Shown one piece after another: positions 48,201 through 59,992 of a DNA stretch of 64,000 bases. Origin of the DNA: Hormiphora californensis. Lineage: Eukaryota > Animalia > Ctenophora. The stretch is taken from contig CM035361.1 of the NCBI GenBank assembly GCA_020137815.1, forward strand, positions 4,154,001 through 4,218,000, in the 5' to 3' direction. A program made the translations under genes and the position numbers. Below the pieces are notes generated by a model. It was not told the origin of the DNA. It saw only the letters and a program-made list of their open reading frames with translations, and did no database searches. The number at the start of each line of letters is the position of its first letter. Position 1 is the first letter of the stretch.

Positions 48201-50698
48201 ATGTACCATTAGGGTTGCTAGGTGAGTTATACGGGGTAACACCATCAGGGTTGAGGTGAATATTAATTGATTTAATTGCTAATAATTAATTATAGGGTCC
48301 TGGTCTCAAACCCTAAAAACTATCAAATCCTAACCATTTCATTCGAATAGATTACTGGAGTGAAGACGACAGTGTTCAAGGTTGCTGGAACTATTGTCTG
48401 GACTAAGGATGGCTCTGAGTGGGACCCTGAAACCTCTGCCGCTGAAACCGTCCGAGGATTCACCCTATAGTACGTGTATTTTAATGAATTTAATCAATAA
48501 CATTATCAATAACATAATAAAAAAAGACTATAAACACTATAAAGGAACACGTGTGCGGGTGTACCATAGGTATATTGCGTTAGGACACGGAGAAAAGAGG
48601 TAGAGACACAATAAAGAATGGCTGCATAATTCACCACTTCTGGTACACCACGCACGTCCCTCAATCTCAACAGGCTAAATCAATAACATAATCAACTATT
48701 TGTCCGCCAGGATTCTCCTCACTTGCCTCTAGTTCATCAATATGATTATTGATCAAATTCCATAATTGGAATTGCCATTTTCAGTGACTTTTCAGTGATT
48801 ATTGATCAAATTCCATAATTGGAATTGCCATTTTCAGTGACTTCAAGCCTGAAGATGCTGGTTATTACGAGGCTACTGTGTTCCTAGAGAGGAAGACTGG
48901 CAATGAAATGTGCAAAGTGGGAATTCCAGTTACCATGCTAGGTATAAACTTACTAAACTTGTAGCATATTACTAAACTTTTAGTTTGTGTAGTTCTATAG
49001 CATATCCCCAAACACTTCCATATTATTAATTGTTACCCAAACACTTCACTGAAATGTATGGTTATACTAAAAAATAGTAACACGTGATTTTTCCCATCAG
49101 AGGGTTCAGCCGATTTATCAATTACAAACATGGCCAAGTTCGCCCAGACCCTTCCCGCCGGCAAAGGTGTTGCTGTACAATGCAAAATTTACCTTACCAA
49201 CGTGAGTATACCATGTGTGCTTGTGATGTTATGATTCAACGATTCGGGTGCACTACTCACTTCCCTACACCATCTCCCTGATCAAAATGCACCTAATTAA
49301 TTCTGAACCTCTCCTACCCACTCCGTACTATCTCCCCCTAAGTGTACCTAATTCTAAATCTACACCCCCATACAGTTATAGAATATAGCCCTCGTATTAC
49401 CCTGTGCTATCTCTCACCTAATTCTAAATCTACACCCCCACACAGTTGAGGTTGGCCAATGCAGCAGATGTCAGTAACGTTAACTGGTACAAGGTGATTC
49501 CTGGAGAGAGTGACGTTCTTATCGAGGATAACGATGACGTTAACTTTAATTACAAAGCAGGTAATTAATTAATTAGTTAATTTTAATTACAAAGCAGGTA
49601 ATTACCAATTAATTTGTTAATTCTAATTACAAAGCAGGTAATTACCAATTAATTAGCTGACTTAAATTACAAGGCAGGTAATTACCAACTAATTAATTAA
49701 GCAGGTAATTACCAACTACAAAGCAGATACTTAATTAATTGATTATTATAATTCAAACATATACTACAATTGAGCTTGATCTGTATAGTCTTTTCTAAAG
49801 TAGTTTTTTCCAATTGTTTTCTACTTGTTTGTTTGTTTGTTTGTACTTGCTGCGTCTGGCGAGTGACCTGCCCGAAAGTAGCGGCGGCCGCACCGAGCAC
49901 GCTTATTAGGCGCCCCAGCACGTCCACCACTCCGCCGTAGCAAGGCCACCCACCAATCAGTTTATGCAGAGCATGTTACTTCAGACGCTCCAGGAAGACC
50001 GTGGTCAACCACTGGCGACGCCGAGCGGCGTGAGCCGCACGACGTCGACAGGGGTATCACACTACTCCTGGCCTAAATCAATTCCTAAGGTTTATATTAA
50101 GCTGGAGCTTTGTTTTCTTTACTTAATGGAATATATCAGTTGATCACTTTATATGTATCCGATGGATATTAATTATTATACCTGTTCAGCGAGAAGGAGG
50201 TAAGTAGCGGAGACATAATCGTAACTATTAGCTTCAAGTGATTTCTTCACGGCGTCGCGTGTCGCTATTTCATTCTTGACAATCGTCTCAACCACTTTCT
50301 CATGCTCTTCAGGACTTATACCGACCTAGCGGTAAGAGCGGTAATTACCAATTAATTAGTTAATTCTAATTACAAAGCAGGTAATTACCAATTAATTAGC
50401 TGACTTAAATTACAAGGCAGGTAATTACCAACTAATTAATTAAGCAGGTAATTACCAACTACAAAGCAGATACTTAATTAATTGATTATTATAATTCAAA
50501 CATATACTACAATTGAGCTTTTCTAAAGTAGTTTTTTCCAATTGTTTTCTACTTTATACCATGACATTTTCTCCCTTTTCAGGAACCTATCGGTTGTGGT
50601 TTGAGAGTCCTCAGGCGGCAGACAGTGGAACCTACAAATGCGAATTCAACCAGCAGAATGTGTACGCTTTTGTTGAAGTCACCATGGTCTGGGAATAA
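30283..50698 (+). CDS. Large secreted protein: SP, 10 F-type lectin domains, 2 blocks of PCSK9-CRD/resistin-like modules each followed by follistatin-N/EGF-like units, ~3 Ca-binding EGF, 2 Ig
   Basis: [19 protein letters not shown]; ten repeats of QSS/QTS..A.RAVDG..CTH..WW.VDL..R.DCC..R..YLTLCEV (30736-39877); [18 protein letters not shown]; DIDEC/DINEC EGFs; WTKDG..DAGYY and VQC..WYK..DSGTYKC; TAA at 50696-50698. One exon (~35699-35828) is frame-disrupted. Confidence 0.85.
38668..38776. mobile_element. hAT-like MITE family A
   Basis: TIRs; TSD CATTAAAG. Confidence 0.9.
41865..43230 (-). mobile_element. Internally deleted pogo/Tigger-type (Tc1/mariner) transposon
   Basis: TIR GGGGAGATT.GC.T..AATGGGATAC; TA TSD; minus-strand remnant [30 protein letters not shown] / [38 protein letters not shown] (psq and CENP-B-type HTH). 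Confidence 0.85.
43636..44018 (+). repeat. 27-bp tandem array (TTTCAGTTCCTTTATTTTCCTTTTATG) x~14, derived from a 3' splice site
   Basis: Array ends at TTTCAG|CTCCTGGATGCT, the exon acceptor. Confidence 0.92.
44225..44397. mobile_element. Tc1/pogo-type MITE family C (TA-CAGTCGGACCCCGATTTA...TAAATCGGGGTCCGACTG-TA)
   Basis: Perfect TIR with TA TSD; related copies at ~4537, ~28395, ~32123, ~33880, ~37261, ~55493. Confidence 0.88.
45174..45282. mobile_element. hAT-like MITE family A
   Basis: TIRs; TSD ATATAGAC/TTATAGAC. Confidence 0.9.
45400..47005 (+). mobile_element. 5'-truncated non-LTR retrotransposon (L2/CR1 group) in a lectin-gene intron
   Basis: Open RT ORF 45405-46667 ([51 protein letters not shown]); 3' UTR ends in (ATT)n just before the acceptor at ~47019. 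Confidence 0.9.
47545..47742. repeat. 24-bp intronic tandem repeat (TAACCTCTTAGCTGCCACATCCCG)n
   Basis: ~8 visible units. Confidence 0.9.
47863..47919. repeat. Perfect AT-rich palindrome, 28-bp arms with 1-nt spacer
   Basis: AAGTAATACAAGATTTAATAATCGTTTA-T-TAAACGATTATTAAATCTTGTATTACTT. Confidence 0.95.
50182..50325 (-). pseudogene. Captured exon encoding an SNRK/AMPK-related kinase UBA domain
   Basis: AG-bounded 144-bp exon [48 protein letters not shown] followed by GT; resembles the SNRK UBA (EEEH..II..M...IADRDAIVEALE.N.Y.HITATYFLLAE). Confidence 0.7.
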
Positions 50699-51006
50699 AC
50701 ACACATTTGGACGTACTGAATCAGGAAATACTGGTCCCTGATTGGCTGATAACCAGTCACGTGACCTAAATGACGAGTTCTGATTGGTTGTTTACTGGAC
50801 TTACTGAATCAACCAAAAACAATCAAATCACGTGTAAATTAGAACGGTGAACGGAGCCATTTTTGAATGACATTTTGTAATTTCTAAATTGGCAAACAGC
50901 ATTCCAAAAGTGTTTCGTTTCAATTCTATAGAACTTGGTAAAAAGAAATCTAAAAAATAAATAAAAGAATTGGCGGTCATGAGTCTTTTAATGAAAAAGG
51001 AGAGAG

Positions 51007-51058
<52 letters not shown>

Positions 51059-52389
51059 GGTAGAAGAGAATGGAAAAAGATCTAAAATATCAAGATGCCG
51101 TCTCGACTTTCATTCTGCTATCTCTACTGTCTCACTCACGCTCGCTCTCTCTCTATTTCTAAATCGTCTCTCCCCCATGCTCAAATCTCTCTCGCTTCTC
51201 TCTCTCGTTTCCCTCGTCTCGCTCTCATCTCTCTCTCTCTCTCTCTACTCATCGTATCTGCTCTCATCCGTTCTCTATCTCACTCAATGGTCCTGCTCTC
51301 CACCCGCGCGGAGCTCAGCAATACGACCTGCGTCTCGGCTCTCAGAGTCGACGGTCGCTGTGCCTCTGTGCGCTGTTGTCAGTCTGAGCACGCGACGAGA
51401 GTAGCTACTCTGGAATATGAGGAGAGAGACAGAGATTGATGACTACACAATATAAGGTTCTGACTCTCGTCTGGCGTAGATTGGGGAGAAAGTTTCACCA
51501 CGGAACAATATCGACCCTGAGAGATCAAGGCCGAGAAAATCAAGGGAGAGATAGAGTCAAACTCAAATGCTCCCTCTGCAAAATATTGGCATTCATGAGA
51601 ATGGGCTGGAGAAAATACAGGGCTGAAATACACATAACATCTCTCGTCGTCGTTAAGAAATAATGCGCATTATGGCCAGAAAGACTAAAAGGGTGGGATT
51701 TACCGGCTTTTGGAGCGAGTTTTTAGGTCACTTTCAGTATTTAGTGCGTTTGAATCTCCACGAGATAATGTGCTGACTTCAGTATTTCCTTTCTCCGCAA
51801 TTCATGAATATTGTCATTCTGCTGCAATATCTAGGAGCCGGATGGGATTTTGCCTGTATTGTGTATGCACTGATTTTATCCCTTTTCAAATTACGTTTTA
51901 AAACTGAATTCAAGCAATTCTCAGTTCTCCCATTGATTCAACTCGCACTATCAACAATTTATCAGATAGTTTTTGTCTGCCCTACATGTACGGCTATTCA
52001 ATGTGGCCCACCACAAATGAAAAATGCGCAATCACCGGACCATGCGATAGTGCAGTAGCTATATATTTCATATCATACCAATCTCCCTCTCGACATACCG
52101 ATCACAGTCTCAATTTCTGAGTCGGCACTTTTCTGAGAGGGAGCCCCGGAGCGACACTAGGTTGGAAAATGTATAATATACATATTTCGTTTCTCGTTCC
52201 AGCTCTTGCACTTTAGTGCTGTAGTGGTATATAAAATATTTCATTTCGGAAGGAGACTTCGTGAAAGAGAGAGCGAGAGATTTGAGAATAGCTGGCCGGG
52301 AGTAATTCGGGAGTAACTGGAATTGGAGAAAAGGAGATGAAAATGGGGAGGTAGGATCAGAGTGTGAGATAAAGGGTGAGATACAGGGT

Positions 52390-52516
<127 letters not shown>

Positions 52517-52612
52517 AGCGAAAAAGTTCATCTGCATCATGGTGGCCTACATGATTGAGTTTCAAAAACTACCCCTCACTCAATCATAGCGCTCTACTCT
52601 CATCAAGAAATG

Positions 52613-52670
<58 letters not shown>

Positions 52671-53394
52671 CAATTTTACGCTTTTCAAATCCTGGAAACA
52701 TTGATATTTGAGAATTGAGAATTCGATGTATATTGTGCTTTACTAATTCAGTAGTTGAAAGTTATGACAAGGGGCTCTATCATTAGTTTGGGAGTTGCCA
52801 ATCCTGCTTTTAGACCTCAGTAAGTTACTTTTTAATTAAATAGTTAAATAATTAGTGAATTAACTTAAGTTTAAAGAAACATAAATAATATCTTAAACTT
52901 TTCAATTTTATCCTCAGGACCGACCAGGATGGAAATGCGGACTGTGATTCCATAGTTGACGTGTAAGTACAATGTACTTGTTAGCAATAGCACGTCCAAA
53001 AGACCCAAAAGTGGACCTTCAATAAAATAGACACACCGATATATTTGTTGTTGACAGAAAGATAGAAATATGCAGTATATGTTGAATTTCATACATAATT
53101 CCTTTCTGACTCGAGAGATACTATTGGGCGATTCCCAAGTATACTAACGTAATATTAATACTATAGGTTTGAAGTTTGTTTTGAAGTTTGTTTCTGGTTA
53201 AATGATGATTGACCACAATAGATTTTAAACTCTTTACCAATTTTGTCTTTGAAATGTTGTGGATGAGAGTTGCTTGAACAAAGTTTTAATCATCCTCATA
53301 TCCACTACAATATCTTGGGAGTCTCGGATCACAGTTTAGGATCACGCAGTACGAGGTTTTTAAGTTTAAATCCTATTTCAGTAAAGAGTTCGAG

Positions 53395-56300
53395 ATGGAA
53401 ATAGTAGATCCCTCATCTCCAGTTCCTTCTTCAAATGGTGCTACAGAGGAAAAGGCTGCCCCGCGGGAACTAAAAGCAACCTTTAACCTGCCCCATGCTG
53501 TTTCCCTTGCAGTGGGCCAGACTATCGGATCAGGTATAGTTCAGGAACCGACCGAATCAAGAAATACTGGTCCCTGATTGGCTGATAACCAGTCACGTGA
53601 CCTAAATAACGAGCTCTGATTGGATGTTTACTTGGTTCGGTCGGTTCCTGGTATAGTTTATTGTTATGTTTTAATTACGCGCTCTCATTGGTCCTTCAGC
53701 AGCTACATGAATCAGGAAATCAGGTGTTTCCCAACCCTGCCTGTAACAGGCATTGTGCTGATCCTTTGGCCTTTCTCGATCGCGCTTCGTTCCTATGAGC
53801 AAAGCCAGCTGAGAGGTATTGCGTTGACAGCTTCTACTAGGCCGAAGCTCGGTTATATTTCCCTGTCTTAGACGTGTCTATTATAAGGTGCTATATACTT
53901 TCAGTCGACCCCTTCCGTCAGGTATATTCATTTCCCCAAACGATGTGGTCAAGCAAGTCGGATCTATAGGAATGTCTCTTGTCATCTGGCTGCTATCAGG
54001 TAATTAAAATATAGGATCCTGATTGCTTTCCTGGCAAAATTATTGTCTTGATTGATTGATGATGGATGTAAATATAAGAATTTCAATTTCTCAACAACCG
54101 ATCATGTTCAGCTAACTATAAAATTCAACCGCAAACACACTTGGCGTGAGTGAGAAAAAAAAATCAAGCTCTCTTCTTCGTATCATTTAGCCCCCATGAA
54201 CATTACAGGTATCCTATCCATGTGCGGTGCTCTCTCATTTTGTGAATTGGGGACTATGTTTAAACGGAGTGGTGGGGAGTTCCAATACATAAAAGCAGCG
54301 TATGGAAACCTGGCAGCGTTCCTGTATCTCTGGGTCTGTGGTTGCATTAGAAACGGTACGTACCACATATTTATTGCTCGAGAAATTGATCATATTATGT
54401 AATTCATAAACATTAATTCCATAGCAATTAATAATTTAATTTGTTACAGGTATGGGGTGTGCCGCTATTGCCCTGTCCTTCTCTCACTATTTCGTGACCC
54501 TGTTTTGGGAAGTCGATGACTCCGTTGCTCCAACAGAGTTTCTATTCGTCAAGAAACTCGTAGCCACTGCAGCTATAGGTATATCAATTATATGCTCCTT
54601 TATAAAATATTTCATCGACATTCTTTTTACTGCACAGAATCTAAACTCAATGTTTTTCAGTTATAATCGTGGCAGTTAATTCCTATTCAACTAAGATTGG
54701 TTTGTACATGCAAAATGTTTTCACGGTCCTGAAACTATCAGCACTGGGTGTTTTAATTTTGCTGGGCCTCTACAAACTATGTGCAGGTAACAAGATTGTT
54801 ACTATTTATTAATCAATAAGTTTTGTAATTTGTCATTGTGACATTAGTTTTGTGAGATCAATGTTTCTAAACATACAAATTAATCCATTGTTTCCAGGAC
54901 AAACTGAGAACATCGCAAAGCCTTGGTTCGAGGGTACCATAGTGGACTTTCCTAAGTGGACAAGTGCCTTCTTTGCAGCTCTCTGGTCTTACAGTGGCTG
55001 GTGAGTTCTCTCTCTTTTAGTTAATTTAACAATCTCTCTTTAGCTAAAGTAACAATCTCTCTTTAGTTAAAGTAACAATCTCTCTTTAATTAATCTAAAA
55101 TCTTACTACAATACCAGCTAAACTTGCTGGAGCATTCCGTTTGACCAGTGGGCCTCAACTCAACTATTTAATATCTAAACTTTCTGAACATCTCATTGTG
55201 TTGGTTTTATGAAAATATGATAAGTCTCTTGACTCACATGCCATTACATGAATTTTAAAAGGTTCGACCTCCTATCTCCCACATTCGATGATCAAATTAT
55301 ACCCTCGATTAGGGGCCACGCATTAACACCTTTTAATGGTGTTATCTCCAGCAATATTCATATCAACTTCGATTGATTCATCCGATCATTGTAATAAAAT
55401 CAATCGCTGCATAGGCGCAGGTATATTTATTATCTCTGATGAATGCCACGGCTCAGACATCTAGGAAAAATGAGCTGGGTTCGATTGATTATACAGTCGG
55501 ACCCCGATTTAACGGGATGTTCGGAAAGGGTTTTGTCCGATCTGATTATACAATCGGACTCTGATTTACCGGGACTTCTAGAGCCGGAAAGGGTTTTGCC
55601 CGGTCTGATCACACCTTCTTTCAGGAATTGTATAAACATGATGGCTGGGGAAATAAAGAACCCAGTTAAAACTGTCCCTCGAGCCCTTGTCACAACCAAC
55701 ATTATCATGTAAGTTTTATGTTTATTAATTCCAAAAGCCAACAAATTAGTCTGGGTGACCTCAGCTCTGTCCCACACACTCTTTTGGGACAGGGCACTTG
55801 CCAGTGCTATTATAGGTGTTGCAGTCTTAGAAACAGGTAACTAAGTCTAGTTAAATAATTTAAGCCCATTTCTATTTTACCAGGATATCGATTTATTTGG
55901 TTGCAAATATTGCCTACCATACAACGTTGCCATTGGAAACGCTGATGAATGAAAGAGCTGTCGCCATGGTAACGAACAATAAAAACTTTGAAAACTTTGC
56001 CCAATTAATAATAAAATAACCCAATAATAATGATATGTAATAGCCCTCACTCGTTTCTTGAGAATTTTCCCACGGTCATCACTCCATAATATACATATGG
56101 TCACAAACTTAATCAGTTCACTTTTGATCAATCAATAATTTCTTCAGATCTCAGGAAGGTTAGTCCTTGGACAAATTAACTCAACCTGGGGCAGGGTCGG
56201 TGAGATATTCTTTGGTCTAAGTGTTGCCATTTCTACCTTTGGGGCCCTTTCCTCATCGCTCATGGGGAGTTCTAGGCTACCCTTCATCGCTGCCCAGGAA

Positions 56301-58039
56301 GACTTCTTCCCTCGTTTTGTGGGGCTTATCCAGACCAAAAATGGGACGCCAATCGTCGGTCTTTTTACCATGGTCAGTATATGTGTAACCGAGCCATGCT
56401 TATTTTTTGGCCGAACCCAACCGAGCTTTTGGTTGTTTCCTGCTAATTCCAGCTGCTAATTAGATATTATCCATGAACTATTATACAGGGTACCCTTGCA
56501 ACATTTTGGGTTTGGCCCATCGACCTCTCTGGTTTGATCAAGTATGTTGGATTCCTCTCATGGGCATGGTGGGGCCTGTGCTTTGCGGCAGTACCAGGAC
56601 TCAGATATACCATGCCTGACTTTCCACGGACATTTAGGGTGAGTAGGACACTATGCAAAATGTGCATACTGCAACATTCTGAACTCATAGTGAAATTTTA
56701 ATTGATATGATCCCTGACTATATGTACGAATCGCTTTGGTCTTTTTCACGCACGGGTTTCCGATTAACTTTATAAATCTCAAGAGTTTGAGGAACTGGGC
56801 CGGTTCTCATTGTTTCTGAATTCTAACGTCTCAACATTTCAGGTATTTCTTCCAGTTACCTTCTTCGCTTGTCTCGGATCACTCTACCTTGTTGTCGGAC
56901 CCTTCTTTGATAATCCTGTTCCCTGCTCAATTTGGCTAGGTACTGGAGAGTGGAGCTGGAAATAATTTTGCTTTGCGATATAAACCGAGTTCATGATGAG
57001 CAAGATTGTAGTAAAAATGGTAGAGTGGTTCACTGGTTCTCTGCTCATAGGGGTATGAAACCCGATAGCCGATTTAACAGTCGTTTGGACATTTTGCGCG
57101 CTCATGATAACTGCTAGCTGGGAGATTTAACACCCTGCTCGCTGTTTAACAGTCCCGCTCTCTTTTTCACGCATTTCTCTTCATTTGAATAACATGCGTG
57201 TAAAATTCAGAGTAATTAAAATGTGTGTAAACACACAGTTCTGTCAACAAAAGAAAGGGGAAACATGTCTGCAACACGTTTCAATGTTATCTCTCTCATA
57301 AGGAGTGAAAAGAATCACATTCCATTCATTTCTCTCTCTCATTGTCTCTTTTACTGTTCACTACTTCTGACAGTGTGTATTGCCCCTACTCTTTCTCTCT
57401 CTTTCTCAAACATGTTAGGAACAGTAGACACTAAGTCTACACACATTTTCAGGGTCTCTGTTGACTATTTGCCAGCAGTCCTAGTGTGTTTCACCTTGTG
57501 TTGTGTCTCTTATTTGTGTGTAATTACTATCGGGTTTCATAAAATATGAACGTTTGTTAGCCTATCGCGTTATAGGTTTAAATCACCTCCCCCTCACCCT
57601 CGGCTGGCGCCTCGGGATCGGCGTCGGGATTTAAACCAGTTTAATCGCCCTGCCGGGCGATTAAACTCCAGTTGGCTGTCCCCAGCTCGCGCTGGGAACA
57701 GCCAACTTCATAACGCGCCAGTCTACAAACGTTCATACTTCATTTGACTACTATAATAATATGTACCTATAATAAATTGCGTTTTCTGTTTAGGTGTTGC
57801 CGCAGTTGGAGTTCCAATCTATTACGGCTTCGTTGACGAACAACAGAAATGCAAGGGATGGATGAGTAAGTTTTTAATCTCCTCTTCTTTTGAAAAAAGT
57901 GTTTAATAGTATGTGCCCCTGCAAAACCGATTGACATCACCATTTTTCTTAACTGTTCACCCCAAGTATGCTAATTAACAAATAATATTCAGATTGGTTG
58001 CTAAAGAAACTCTCAGTCTGGCTGAGAGCCTCCCTGTAA
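53395..58039 (+). CDS. SLC7 L-type amino acid transporter light chain (LAT/b0,+AT-like), ~13 coding exons
   Basis: GQTIGSGIFISP, GALSFCELG..SGGE..YI..AYG, LWSYSGWN..AGEIKNP, IYLVANIAY, STFGAL..GSSRL, GLRY..PDFPRTFRV; all junctions in frame; TAA at 58037-58039. Confidence 0.92.
53542..53650. mobile_element. hAT-like MITE family A at the SLC7 first coding-exon donor
   Basis: TSD GTATAGTT begins with the donor GT. Confidence 0.92.
57547..57736. mobile_element. Hairpin-rich MITE with TA flanks
   Basis: TA-TGAACGTTTGT...ACAAACGTTCA-TA with internal GC-rich palindromes. Confidence 0.7.
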
Positions 58040-58937
58040 TTACATCGTGATTTCTCGTCATTCTGGAACAGTCTGAATCTGATCATGAGGTCTTATGATG
58101 ATGATGTCAGTGGATTCCTGACAGAACCGCTTTCAGAGAATTATTGTCAGCTGAATTCAGCTGAGGAGAGATTATTCCAGAATTGATGTGCTAAATGGAG
58201 GAACTGGAACCGGATGTTGTGCTGAAAAGCAAACATAAACCCGTCATTTTAAATGATGGCTTGATTATGTGTGACACTGTGAGGGACACTTTTAGATTTG
58301 TAGACTGCTATATTTTGTGATTTTTACACCGTATGTAAGTACTATTGCCAATTTTAATGTTTTAGAAATTTAGTTCTTGTCTGTTTTTGGTTTATATGCA
58401 CGCATTGCAGTGATCAACAGCTTAATTAGCTAAAAGGTGAACCATAATCACACCACCAGGCACAGTACGTGTGCCATCATAGCTGCATGTACTACTATAA
58501 CTGCAGTTGTACACACTAATAGGCCATAGACAATTTAGTCTATAATCGTTTCCGGTTTTGATCACTCTGTAGAGATAACAGCCACTGCAGCGATAGGTGT
58601 TCAGATCGAACGTTTCACGGGTTTCACAGTTGTGTGTTTTGTGTTTCAGGAAGTTGCCAAAACAGACCTGTTCTGATATGTTCTATATCTATTCAGAGGC
58701 CTAGATTTCGAAATAAAGGCCTCGGATTGACTCGCACACCGAAAAATGACCAAAAATGAAGGGGCTCAAGCCCAAACTTCCCGATAAGATAGAAAGCTTA
58801 TTTTGGTTGCGTTGGATTCGTCTCGAAAATGTGATTCAGAAAAGCTCCGTGCTACTAGGGGGTTTCAGATCACAGTCAGACCCTAATCTACAATTATTTT
58901 GCTGTCCTGATCATGAAACTTGTACCGTTTTATCATG

Positions 58938-59507
58938 AAACTTGCTAGAGAGACACACACACAGTGTGTGTATAAGAGATTTAGAGAGCGGCAGATGCTG
59001 CAGCAAGATGCGATGTGGCAGGGATCAGACTATCAGAGCGAGATCAGGGAGAGAGAGAGAGAGAGAGAGAAAGCGAGAAAGGGATAGAGCGAGAGAAAGC
59101 GAGAGAGCGAGAGAAAGCAAGAGAGATAGAAAGAGAGATAGAAAGCAAGAGATATAGAAAGAGAGAAAGAGAGAGAGAGAAAGAGAGATAGATAGAAAGA
59201 GAGAGAGTTTTATCATGAAATTCTTGTTAGTTAGGTTGGCTTATACCGTTTTATTGCATAGCTTTTACTGATTAATGAATATTTGAAGACTTGCATAATT
59301 TTCCCTTGAGAATCAAGGACAAAATAATAGCTGATGGGGAAAACTTGCTAGAGGGGAAAACTTGCTAGAGAGACACAGTGTGTGTAGAGATTTAGAGAGC
59401 GGCAGATGCTGCAGCAAGATGCGATGTGGCAGGGATCAGAGCGAGAGGGAGAGAGAGAGAGAGAAAAAGCGAGAAAGGGATAGAGCGAGAGAAAGCAATT
59501 GAGAGAT

Positions 59508-59575
<68 letters not shown>

Positions 59576-59596
59576 GAGAGAGAAAGCAAGAGATAT

Positions 59597-59647
<51 letters not shown>

Positions 59648-59656
59648 AAGAGAGAT

Positions 59657-59707
<51 letters not shown>

Positions 59708-59716
59708 AAGAGATAT

Positions 59717-59795
<79 letters not shown>

Positions 59796-59882
59796 AAGAG
59801 AGATAGATAGAAAGAGAGAGAGAGAGAGAGAAAGCAAGAGAGATAGAAAGAGAGAGAGAGAGAGAGAGAAAGCAAGAGAGAT

Positions 59883-59950
<68 letters not shown>

Positions 59951-59953
59951 AGA

Positions 59954-59990
<37 letters not shown>
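58938..59990. repeat. Duplicated unit (AAACTTGCTAGAGAGACAC...GGCAGGGATCAGA) with compound (GA)n/GAAAGCAA expansion
   Basis: Copies begin at ~58938 and ~59358; other (GA)/(CT) tracts at ~51000, ~52395, ~52614. Confidence 0.85.

Positions 59991-59992
<2 letters not shown>

Noticed and set aside
49826-49870. Sequencing adapter or LINE tail at TTTGTTTGTACTTG
   Set aside because: No extended adapter match and no RT sequence; the adjacent insert is kinase-gene-like.
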